Shown piece by piece: positions 14,701 through 25,637 of a stretch of DNA of 36,556 bases. Both the position numbers and the translations under genes were made by a program. The notes under the pieces are model-generated. The model had not been told where the DNA came from. It worked only from the letters and a program-made list of their open reading frames with translations, and did not search any database. The stretch lies in the NCBI GenBank assembly GCA_032718475.1, contig JAUCBJ010002960.1:1-36556 (forward strand), given 5' to 3'. Numbering within the stretch: position 1 is the first letter of the stretch; each line of letters starts with the position of its first letter. This DNA is from Nemertoderma westbladi (lineage: Eukaryota; Animalia; Xenacoelomorpha).

Positions 14701-17700
14701 TCAAATCATCGGCCCTAAGGGAGTTACTAAAGGGATGGAGTGGGGAACATCAAACCATCGGCCCTAAGGGAGTTACTGAAGGGATGGAGTGGGGAACATC
14801 AAATCATCGCCATTGAGAGAGTTACTAAAGGGATGGAGTGGGGAACATCAAATCATCGGCCCTAAGGGAGTTACTAAAGGGATGGAGTGGGAACATCAAA
14901 CCATCGGCCCTGAGAGAGTTACTGAAGGAATGGAGTGGGGAACATCAAATCATCGGCATTGAGAGAGTTACTAAAGGGATGGAGTGGGGAACATCAAACC
15001 ATCGGCCCTAAGGGAGTTACTAAAGGGATGGAGTGGGGAACATCAAACCATCGGCCCTAAGGGAGTTACTGAAGGGATGGAGTGGGGAACATCAAACCAT
15101 CGGCATTGAGAGAGTTATTGAAGGAATGGAGTGGGGAACATCAAATCATCGGCATTCAGAGAGTTACTAAAGGGATGGAGTGGGGAACATCAAACCATCG
15201 GCCCTAAGGGAGTTACTAAAGGGATGGAGTGGGGAACATCAAACCATCGGCATTGAGAGAGTTATTGAAGGAATGGAGTGGGGAACATCAAATCATCGGC
15301 ATTCAGAGAGTTACTAAAGGGATGGAGTGGGGAACATCAAACCATCGGCCCTAAGGGAGTTACTGAAGGAATGGAGTGGGGAACATCAAATCATCGGCAT
15401 TGAGAGAGTTACTAAAGGGATGGAGTGGTGAACATCAAACCATCGGCATTGAGAGAGTTATTGAAGGATTGGAGTGGGGAACATCAAATCATCGGCATTC
15501 AGAGAGTTACTAAAGGGATGGAATGGGGAACATCAAACCATCGGCCCTAAGGGAGTTACTGAAGGAATGGAGTGGGGAACATCAAACCATCGGCCCTAAG
15601 GGAGTTTCTGAAGGGATGGAGTGGGGAACATCAAACCATCGGCCCTAAGGGAGTTACTGAAGGAATGTAGTGGGGAACATCAAATCATCGGCATTGAGAG
15701 AGTTACTAAAGGGATGGAGTGGGGAACATCAAACCATCGGCATTGAGAGAGTTACTAAAGGGATGGAGTGGGGAACATCAAATCATCGGCCCTAAGGGAG
15801 TTACTAAAGGGATGGAGTGGGGAACATCAAATCATCGGCATTGAGATAGTTACTAAAGGGATGGAGTGGGGAACATCAAACCATCGGCATTGAGAGAGTT
15901 ACTAAAGGGATAGAGTGGGGAACATCAAACCATCGGCATTGAGAGAGTTACTAAAGGAATGGAGTGGGGAACATCAAATCATCGGCCCTAAGGGAGTTAC
16001 TAAAGGGATGGAGTGGGGAACATCAAACAAACCATCGGCATTGAGAGAGTTACTATTAAAGGGATGGAGTGGGGCACATCAAACCATCGGCCCTAAGGGA
16101 GTTACTGAAGGGATGGAGTGGGGAACATCAAATCATCGGCATTGAGAGAGTTACTAAAGGGATGGAGTGGGGAACATCAAACCATCGGCATTCAGAGAGT
16201 TACTAAAGGGGTGGAGTGGGGAACATCAAACCATCGGCATTGAGAGAGTTATTGAAGGAATGGAGTGGGGAATATCAATTCATCGGCATTGAGAGAGTTA
16301 CTATTAAAGGGATGGAGTGGGGAACATCAAACCATCGGCCCTAAGGGAGTTACTGAAGGGATGGAGTGGGGAACATCAAATCATCGGCATTGAGAGAGTT
16401 ACTAAAGGGATGGAGTGGGGAACATCCAACCATCGGCATTCAGAAAGTTACTAAAGGAATGGAGTGGGGAACATCAAACCATCGGCATTGAGAGAGTTAT
16501 TGAAGGAATGGAGTGGGGAACATCAAATCATCGGCATTCAGAGAGTTACTAAAGGGATGGAGTGGGGAACATCAAACCATCGGCCCTAAGGGAGTTACTG
16601 AAGGAATGGAGTGGGGAACATCAAATCATCGGCATTGAGAGAGTTACTAAAGGGATGGAGTGGGGAACATCAAATCATCGGCCCTAAGGGAGTTACTAAA
16701 GGGATGGAGTGGGGAACATCAAACCATCGGCCCTAAGGGAGTTACTGAAGGGATGGAGTGGGGAACATCAAATCATCGGCATTGAGAGAGTTACTAAAGG
16801 GATGGAGTGGGGAACATCAAATCATCGGCCCTAAGGGAGTTACTAAAGGGATGGAGTGGGAACATCAAACCATCGGCCCTGAGAGAGTTACTGAAGGAAT
16901 GGAGTGGGGAACATCAAATCATCGGCATTGAGAGAGTTACTAAAGGGATGGAGTGGGGAACATCAAACCATCGGCCCTAAGGGAGTTACTAAAGGGATGG
17001 AGTAGGGAACATCAAACCATCGGCCCTAAGGGAGTTACTGAAGGGATGGAGTGGGGAACATCAAACCATCGGCATTGAGAGAGTTATTGAAGGAATGGAG
17101 TGGGGAACATCAAATCATCGGCATTCAGAGAGTTACTAAAGGGATGGAGTGGGGAACATCAAACCATCGGCCCTAAGGGAGTTACTAAAGGGATGGAGTG
17201 GGGAACATCAAACCATCGGCATTGAGAGAGTTATTGAAGGAATGGAGTGGGGAACATCAAATCATCGGCATTCAGAGAGTTACTAAAGGGATGGAGTGGG
17301 GAACATCAAACCATCGGCCCTAAGGGAGTTACTGAAGGAATGGAGTGGGGAACATCAAATCATCGGCATTGAGAGAGTTACTAAAGGGATGGAGTGGTGA
17401 ACATCAAACCATCGGCATTGAGAGAGTTATTGAAGGATTGGAGTGGGGAACATCAAATCATCGGCATTCAGAGAGTTACTAAAGGGATGGAGTGGGGAAC
17501 ATCAAACCATCGGCCCTAAGGGAGTTACTGAAGGAATGGAGTGGGGAACATCAAACCATCGGCCCTAAGGGAGTTTCTGAAGGGATGGAGTGGGGAACAT
17601 CAAACCATCGGCCCTAAGGGAGTTACTGAAGGAATGTAGTGGGGAACATCAAATCATCGGCATTGAGAGAGTTACTAAAGGGATGGAGTGGGGAACATTA

Positions 17701-18398
17701 AACCATCGGCATTGAGAGAGTTACTAAAGGGATGGAGTGGGGAACATCAAATCATCGGCCCTAAGGGAGTTACTAAAGGGATGGAGTGGGGAACATCAAA
17801 TCATCGGCATTGAGAGAGTTACTAAAGGGATGGAGTGGGGAACATCAAACCATCGGCATTGAGAGAGTTACTAAAGGGATAGAGTGGGGAACATCAAACC
17901 ATCGGCATTGAGAGAGTTACTAAAGGGATAGAGTGGGGAACATCAAACCATCGGCCAGGAGAGAGTTACTGAAGGAATGGAGTGGGGAACATCAAACCAT
18001 CGGCCAGGAGAGAGTTACTGAAGGAATGGAGTGGGGAACATCAAACCATCGGCCCTAAGGGAGTTACTGAAGGAGTGAAGTGGGGAACATCAAATCATCG
18101 GCATCGAGAGAGTTACTAAAGGGATGGAGTGGGGAACATCAAACCATCGGCCCTGAGAGAGTTACTGAAGGAATGGAGTGGGGAACATCAAATCATCGGC
18201 CCTAAGGGAGTTACTAAAGGGATGGAGTGGGGAACATCAAACCATCGGCTTTGAGAGAGTTACTGAAGGAATGGAGTGGGGAACATCAAACCATCGGCCC
18301 TACGGAGTTACTGAAGGGATGGAGTGGGGAACATCAAATCATCGGCATCGAGAGAGTTACTAAAGGGATGGAGTGGGGAACATCAAATCATCGGCATT
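2620..18398. repeat. 49-bp satellite, ~320 copies, with higher-order structure
   Basis: Unit AAA(C/T)CATCGGC(C/A)(C/T)T(G/A)AG(A/G)GAGTTACT(G/A)AAGG(A/G)ATGGAGTGGGGAACATC. Rare variants recur at offsets of 7369 bp (e.g. TGGAGTCGGG at 4121 and 11490) and 1969 bp. Confidence 0.98.
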
Positions 18399-18410
18399 AA
18401 TTGTAAACAA

Positions 18411-18416
18411 AATAAA
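18411..18416 (+). promoter_or_regulatory. Candidate polyadenylation signal for the P3H gene
   Basis: AATAAA 13 bp after the end of the satellite; the first canonical hexamer I found downstream of the stop codon. The region is AT-rich, so it may be a chance match. Confidence 0.3.
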
Positions 18417-19368
18417 CATAGTAGGATTTAGTAATAAATAATATTATTATTATTAAAAGGAAATGGTGTTTTTTCAAAACTTAATGTTATTGCATATACA
18501 ATAGATATAAATTGCACTTGAAATGAAACACCGATGATGAATATGAAAGCAATTAATTAATTTGAATTTAATTCCTACAACAACAAAAGAGATAATGGCT
18601 GTCCGCTGTACTGCAAAGATGCCGAGATATTATTAGTATTATCATTATTAGTAATATTATTATTATTATTAGTATTGTTTCCATCGCTTTTCACGCTAAG
18701 CGTGACGCTAATATTTACAGATCGTGAATAATAAGTGACTTAAATAGCGGAATCTCAGAGAATTGGATGTTAAATAAATTAAAGTTGCTTAAAGTAGCTT
18801 GAGTTATATCGCGGCGCGATTTATTTATTATTTTGTTGATTTTTTGAGACATCTAAGACGAAACAACCCCCCCCCCCCCTTCCCGTTTATTAAAGTATGA
18901 CACCACCGGTTCCGGTACTTTATACACCCCTATTAAAGTTATAAAAATCTCAACATACAGTGAACAACAATTATTTTCGAAAATACTTAATGACAGTGGA
19001 GATGATTACGAGCAAGAACTAAGAGGTTGTTATCCTGGGAGCGATCCTGTACAGCCCTGGTTCGAGTCCTTGTGACGCTCTCTTTTTCACTTCTGGACAA
19101 AAATACCAGAAATATTTTCATTAATAAATTATCCGGATCTGGATCTGCGATCCAGGTGCTGAACCAAATGGCTGGGAAACGAAGGTCAGTAGAAGTTCTT
19201 AGTGAATCCATCCGAAAAGATTGTGGCAAACTTTGGCGTTAGTAGTAGCAAAGTACGAAACAAAAATATCCAAATAATATATTATTGGCGGATTTTAATC
19301 CTAAAGATATAAAATAAAAAGTCGCTAACATGTTCTTATTGTCTGTAATATTTTTACTGCCTCGAATT

Positions 19369-20052
19369 CTAGAAATCCCCATCCATATCCATTCCAACGT
19401 CCATAAATCGTTTATAAACCAACATAAACTTGGCGATAAACGCCTCGATATGATATATCGGTTTACTGCCACGTTGGAGTCGGGAGTCGTAAGCCGCCGC
19501 TAGTTGCGTCACTTCCGACTTCAACGCCCCGTCGCATGACGTCATCAACTCCGCCAGTAGCCCCCGGATTATGGTGCTGGGTGGGATACAATGTCCGAGT
19601 AGTTCGTACAGACGAGCTCGGACGTCCAGCAGCGCCTTGGCGGACTGCTCGCGTACAACGAATCCCGCCGTCTCCCGCAGGTAGACCTCCCAGTCCGGGT
19701 CCATAACGGGTTGCTCCGGCACCAAGGGGTACTGCTGCACCCGGCAGGTCTCGGCCATGAGCAGCGCCCGTCGGAGGTTCCGGCCGGAACGGTCCGCGAT
19801 CCGGAGGGCGAGTTTATCCGGGAGGTTGAGGCCCTCCTTCCGGGCGACTGCGTGCAGCACCCGACAGATGTCGGGCACGGTGGGCGCCGGAATCCGGACG
19901 CCCAGACACCGACTAGCTATAGCGGGTATCACGTGACTGGTGGACTCGGTGACCAAGATTAGTCGACACGTCGAGGTGTATTTCTCCATGGTGCGTCGAA
20001 GGGACTGTTGGGCGTCCTTAGAAAGCCGGTCAACCTCTGTTAGAATGACAAC
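19369..20052 (-). CDS. RFC3: Replication factor C subunit 3, coding exon 2
   Basis: Minus-strand acceptor cctttcag|GTT; translates [33 protein letters not shown]...IPAIASRCL...RNLRRALLM...[15 protein letters not shown], the RFC3-type TEVD Walker B variant plus SRC motif. With exon 1 gives 356 aa. Confidence 0.95.
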   Translation of the reverse strand, partial: VVILTEVDRLSKDAQQSLRRTMEKYTSTCRLILVTESTSHVIPAIASRCLGVRIPAPTVPDICRVLHAVARKEGLNLPDKLALRIADRSGRNLRRALLMAETCRVQQYPLVPEQPVMDPDWEVYLRETAGFVVREQSAKALLDVRARLYELLGHCIPPSTIIRGLLAELMTSCDGALKSEVTQLAAAYDSRLQRGSKPIYHIEAFIAKFMLVYKRFMDVGMDMDGDF

Positions 20053-20316
20053 CTGAAAGGGAACAATTACTCATTGATTTTAATTAACAAAAGTTTTTAA
20101 ATAGAGTAAAATAACATATAGTATAGTGTGTTACGCGTTGTAGGGTTAGACAGGGCGGAATGCAATAGCTGATTACGAGCCACAATGAAACTGACTTTCG
20201 TTTATTGCTTTGATTATGGCACTAGGGGAGCCTATCTATACATGACAGCATGATACCTGTTCGATAGTCCCCTTCAATTTACTGTCAAGGGGTCAACTGA
20301 CATAGGCCTACTTACG

Positions 20317-21451
20317 ACCTGGTACTCTCCCTCCAGTTGCGCTGCCCCTGTGCTCTGTAGACGCCTTACCTGGTACTCTCCCTACAGTTGCGCTGCTCCT
20401 ATGCTCTGTAGACGACTTACCTGGTACTCTCCCTACAGTTGCGCTGCTCCTGTGCTCTGTAGACGACTTACCTGGTACTCTCCCTACAGTTGCGCTGCTC
20501 CTGTGCTCTGTAGACGACTTACCTGGTACTCTCCTACAGTTGCGCTGCTCCTGTGCTCTGTAGACGACTTACCTGGTACTCTCCCTACAGTTGCGCTGCC
20601 CCTGTGCTCTGTAGACGACTTACCTGGTACTCTCCCTACAGTTGCGCTGCTCCTGTGCTCTGTAGACGACTTACCTGGTACTCTCCTACAGTTGCGCTGC
20701 TCCTGTGCTCTGTAGACGACTTACCTGGTACTCTCCCTACAGTTGCGCTGCTCCTGTGCTCTGTAGACGACTTACCTGGTACTCTCCCTACAGTTGCGCT
20801 GCCCCTGTGCTCTGTAGACGACTTACCTGGTACTCTCCCTACAGTTGCGCTGCTCCTGTGCTCTGTAGACGACTTACCTGGTACTCACCCTACAGTTGCG
20901 CTGCTCCTGTGCTCTGTAGACGACTTACCTGGTACTCTCCCTACAGTTGCGCTGCCCCTGTGCTCTGTAGACGACTTACCTGGTACTCTCCCTACAGTTG
21001 CGCTGCTCCTATGCTCTGTAGACGACTTACCTGGTACTCTCCCTACAGTTGCGCTGCTCCTGTGCTCTGTAGACGACTTACCTGGTACTCTCCTACAGTT
21101 GCGCTGCCCCTGTGCTCTGTAGACGACTTACCTGGTATTCTCCCTACAGTTGCGCTGCTCCTGTGCTCTGTAGACGACTTACCTGGTACTCTCCTACAGT
21201 TGCGCTGCTCCTGTGCTCTGTAGACGACTTACCTGGTACTCTCCCTACAGTTGCGCTGCCCCTGTGCTCTGTAGACGACTTACCTGGTACTCTCCCTACA
21301 GTTGCGCTGCTCCTGTGCTCTGTAGACGACTTACCTGGTACCGGTACTCTCCCTACAGTTGCGCTGCTCCTGTGCTCTCGCTCTGTAGACGACTTACCTG
21401 GTACTCTCCCTACAGTTGCGCTGCCCCTGTGCTCTGTAGACGACTTACCTG
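20317..21451. repeat. 51-bp intronic tandem repeat, ~22 copies, starting at the RFC3 5' splice site
   Basis: Minus-strand unit GTAAGTCGTCTACAGAGCACAGG(A/G)GCAGCGCAACTGTAGGGAGAGTACCAG; some 50-bp variants. Confidence 0.97.
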
Positions 21452-21835
21452 GAATTCCCTCTGTACCGCCGCTTCCAGCTGTTGCGACTGCGCTAGAGTT
21501 TTGATTAACTCCTGGACGACAACCCGATCGTATATCCCAACGTCGCTCGGGTTCACTTCAATATGGTAGTTACTGGCGAGCGTGTCGATCTCTACCCGTT
21601 TACCGGAAGGCGCCGTGAATGTTTGGTGTTCTAGTCGGAGTTTCTCTACGCCCGGCCCGTATAGCTCTCGGAGGAGACACATTATACGGGTCTTCTTCCC
21701 GGCCCCCGACGGTCCATAAACAAGAAGGTGGGGGAAATCGCCGGTATCCACGAGACGCTTCAATTGTTGGCCGAGTTTCTGGTGGAAATCGAGTTTAGCG
21801 AGGGAAGTTGGTCGGTATTTGTCGACCCACAACAT
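21449..21835 (-). CDS. RFC3: Replication factor C subunit 3, coding exon 1
   Basis: MLWVDKYRP (RFC box II), FPHLLVYGPSGAGKKT (RFC3-type Walker A), ASNYHIEVNPSDVGIYDRVVVQELIK. Ends CAG|gtaagt, phase 0, joining exon 2 in frame. Confidence 0.95.
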
Positions 21836-24539
21836 TATGCTGAATGATGCGAAGGAATATTGGACTATTTAATATTGGAATATTTAATGGACTGCCAAAT
21901 ATTAATCAGACAATCAAGGTAGGCCTATGTATTAATACAAGTCGTACTATGTACTGTTCACAGGAGTGAACTTTCAATATGGTATCGCAGTTCAACTTCA
22001 ATCCTACCTTATATTTCCCTAAAGTTAAGTGCAGTTCTAGACTCCTCCTGTAACGCAACAAATTATTTGCACACCTAATTAGAAACCTTTTTGCACCAAG
22101 TAAACTCCAAACTCACTTTCCACCAAAAATGGCTTACTTTACCACCAAATCTTAGAAGGTCTGTCGTCTATGGCCCGACTGCAATACATACACCAGTTAG
22201 GTGAATAAATCTGGCGGGATTTGCAGAATATTGTGAATTGGAGCGGCGCGATTGGAGTGCCCTGGGGCCTGGAGCTTGGCGCTGAGCGACAGGGCTCTCA
22301 AAGCTGTTCAAGTTCTTGCAAAGTGTAGAAGTGAGAACAAGAATTTGCCACAAAAAAAATTCGCTCGCTTCGCTCGCGTTTCGTTTACATTTTGTATTGT
22401 TCAAATCGTTCTCTGATCATAAATTGACAGATTGCAATGCATCAATATACTACAGAATTCAAGTCAATAATACATACATAGTACATACAGCTGTACAGCT
22501 GTACAGTTACAGTACATTGAATTTGTTAATTTATTGACATGGTAACACATTGATGGGCCAATGAAATGATATAATTCTGGAGAATCACCGATTTTACGAA
22601 TACTGAAAGCAAAAAAATAATTTATAGTATTAGTATGTTCCAAACTAATCAGCTGTTTCAATTAAATAAATATCAGATGTTTTAAAGAGATAACCCGGTC
22701 ATCCGGGAAAATAAATTTTATTAACGAAATGGGTTGAAAATGTGTTTAACGGTTTAATGTTTTTTTTATGTTATTTAAAAAATTTTCTAGTAGGTTGGTA
22801 TTATTGGCGCGATTTTGGACCCGCCAATACTGGCGTGGTTTAATGGCACTATCTGGCGCAAGTATTGGAAGTATTGCAGTCAGGGTCTATGGCCCTGGTT
22901 AGGGTCGCCCTGTCGAAACCCTAGACAAAAACGGTCTTCAACCCTAAAACCTAACTGGAAACATAGTTTTCAACCCAACCTGGGGCCAATTTGGGGGGGG
23001 GGGGGGTGTCGTAAAGCGACACGATGAAATCCGCGAGGTATTAGTGGACCTACTCGAGTCCTGTAGATACTGTAGAGGTACTGTAGATAAAGTAGTTCAA
23101 TAATATGAGGCGAGCCACGAAGTCTGTGAGCTGAGCCTTAGCACCAATGTTTGAACGTTAATATTCTACTGCATTAGGCCTATAACGTTAATTATATATA
23201 ACTATCTATTTTACGGTAAATATAATATGCTTTATTTACCGTTCGTCTCGAGATCTATTATTACACAACCGAGCGCAGCGAGGGAGGTAAATAAGTCAGA
23301 TCGAGGCTCAAAGAGATAAATGAAGTATTTTATTTATTGAACAATACGCCCCCTATGTAGTTTTATTGGGAAAATCATTCGTATTATTATTATATTATAT
23401 TATTCTATTATTGTATTTCGAGGATTTCAGTAGACCCAAGGTTGTAGGGTTGGTCCGGTAATATGAAACGCCATAAGATCTGCGGATTGGATTGCTAACA
23501 TTGCCATGAGCCTTAGGAAAAACGATAAGTTTTGTGGTGGGGGTAACTTCAAATGATTATCGACCGTACTGACCATACCATGATGAAATTCTTTGCACTC
23601 TACTTCAACAAATTTGTACCTACTTAAGTTATTGTCTGTTTTATTGACAACTTAACTACGACGAACACTGAAAGTCTAAATTCCTTTCTCTATAGGTGAT
23701 TTTCTCTGATCAAAATACAGTAGAACATGTGAGAGCCAGTGAGGGCGGCGCCCTTATAATCACAACTAACATCACTATCTTTAATTGAAACGTCCACTGC
23801 TCTCCTTGATAGATCGATACACCCTGACTGAGCAATATGAGATAATCGGTTGTACTTAGCTTGGACTTGTCACTACAGTACCATGAGAGAATTCTGTCAC
23901 ACCGCAACCAGTGAGATCTATCGTAGTCTGGAACACTAACTCTGGTGCCTGAATTACAGTAGAATGGGAATTATCATGGTCTACAGTATGATAGCAGTTA
24001 TAGGTGAATCATCTATGTCCCTTTAAATCAATGATGATTAAATCGGACATTTTAATGCGTCAAAACGCGTAAAGCTAGAACATAATTACACTTAAAAAAT
24101 ACATCCTGTATAATTATGTAATATCTATAATCCTGTCCTTGTGATATCTTACAGTGAAACCTGAAAAGAGTACATAGTCCAATCACTACAAAACAGCATT
24201 GCTTAATACAGTACGTTTCTAATTGGTCTGTCCATTGTGCAGGTTTTCTATGTCCGCTCCACCTTTTTCAAATACCCACTAGTAGGCCTGGTAGCACGAA
24301 CTTAGTTCCTATCGCACATATTCAAAGGCGAAAAGCATCGAAGTAGAAAAGGCTTGCAAGTAAATTTGAGCAAAATCCATTTATTCTAAAATTGTAACAT
24401 TACTCAACGCCGTTAAGTATTAACAGCGAGTTGTTATTTAGCACTTTGCAACTTTAGAGGACATATCAGCATTGTATTGGTCTGTACATTTAGTATTGTA
24501 TTTGGTGTTATCCGTTAAGCGATGTCCCCTTAGGCCTTA

Positions 24540-24735
24540 GGCCGCGTTCACACTACCGAGTCAAAGTCAAAGTCAAAATAAAATAAATATAGCTAGCTAG
24601 CAATAATAAATAATAATACATTATATAGGCCTAATATAATACATAAGGGGATTCTCGAAAAAATTAAATTTCATGTTTTGTGATTTACATTTTGTCTTTT
24701 GACTTTGACTTTGACTCGGTAGTGTGAACGCGGCC
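24540..24735. mobile_element. MITE, PIF/Harbinger-like (196 bp)
   Basis: Perfect ~39-bp TIRs GGCCGCGTTCACACTACCGAGTCAAAGTCAAAGTCAAAA; TTA on both flanks (24537-24539, 24736-24738). A 3-bp TWA target duplication is typical of PIF/Harbinger. Confidence 0.85.
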
Positions 24736-25074
24736 TTAGTCGACATTACTTAACGCCGTCATTGGTTACCACGTAAACAATTGGTGGAAATTTGCCTGAC
24801 AGCCAGATAGGCCTACTGCATTACCTACCGGTAGGCGGGGCATAGCTATTAATAACCAGTAGGGCCTAGCTATATTATTATAACATGGCTCCAAACGCCG
24901 CGATAAATATAAGCTAACTTATTTATAACATAATTTATGTCATTTTTACATTTATTTATACAGCAACTAATATAATTTGTACGGTTTCTATCACTTATAA
25001 TGTATATGCACGCAATATAATATATTATGTACTCGCATATAATCGTAATGTTAAAATTTTGGAATAAAACTACA

Positions 25075-25215
25075 TACATACTTGTTGCAAAGTACTTTAC
25101 AGTGTTCTGATCCTCGTGGCTTTATTTTCACTCACTCACTCACTAACGTTCGTTCGTGTAACAAAGCCACTCGGATGATCACACTGTAAAGTGATTCCTT
25201 ACACACAAGTATGTA
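25075..25215. repeat. Imperfect ~140-bp inverted repeat, probable non-autonomous element remnant
   Basis: Three nested complementary blocks: TACATACTTGT/ACAAGTATGTA, ACTTTACAGTGT/ACACTGTAAAGT, GTGGCTTT/AAAGCCAC. Confidence 0.6.
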
Positions 25216-25434
25216 AATAGTTATTACACATTCAAAGGTTATTGCAACTTTAGTGTCTGCAAGGCGAACTCCAAAACGCAAATCAATATATATTGTTTAT
25301 TTATTTTATTTACCTTTCATGGTTCGGTCACTAATGACCCATACTACTGTACTAATATACAAAAGTACTTACACAGCACAAACATAACTATATATATATA
25401 ATTAACTTTACAATGACAATAGTTTATATATTAA

Positions 25435-25637
25435 GGCCATGATACACCACAGGAGCGGCAGCGGCGGGCGGCCGCGGCTAGCGGCCGATGTGAGCGGCGA
25501 CTTTAGTATGATACACTATAGGAGCGGCGAGCGGCAGCCGCCATTTGTGGTGTATCATCACCCATAGAAAATAATGTGTTCTATTTTTAAAAAGTCGCTC
25601 CTCCGCTCGCTCGCCGCTCCTGTGGTGTATCATGGCC
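25435..25637. mobile_element. MITE with TTAA flanks (203 bp)
   Basis: Perfect 25-bp TIRs GGCCATGATACACCACAGGAGCGGC; TTAA on both sides (25431-25434, 25638-25641); internal degenerate copies of the TIR near 25508 and 25537-25558. Superfamily uncertain. Confidence 0.82.

Noticed and set aside
6577-18363. Short ORFs in the 49-bp satellite (6577, 8546, 13946, 15915, 18178)
   Set aside because: Chance open frames through repeat variants with GTG starts; their recurrence only marks the higher-order duplications.
2620-18398. CRISPR-like array
   Set aside because: Units are contiguous near-identical 49-mers with no unique spacers, no cas genes, and a spliced eukaryotic context.
20350-21569. Plus-strand repetitive ORFs (CRRLTWYSPYSCAAP...)
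   Set aside because: Translations of the 51-bp intronic repeat, antisense to RFC3, shifting frame at 1-bp indels.
22211-22255. E2F-like (TGGCGGGA) and CCAAT motifs upstream of RFC3
   Set aside because: Plausible for a replication gene, but short, imperfect and with no known transcription start.
22791-23030. Possible Helitron/Helentron-like fragment with CCTAA-type motifs and poly-G; similar AGGTT-rich tract near 32700-32750
   Set aside because: No definable termini or target site; too degenerate to call, and not a true telomeric array.
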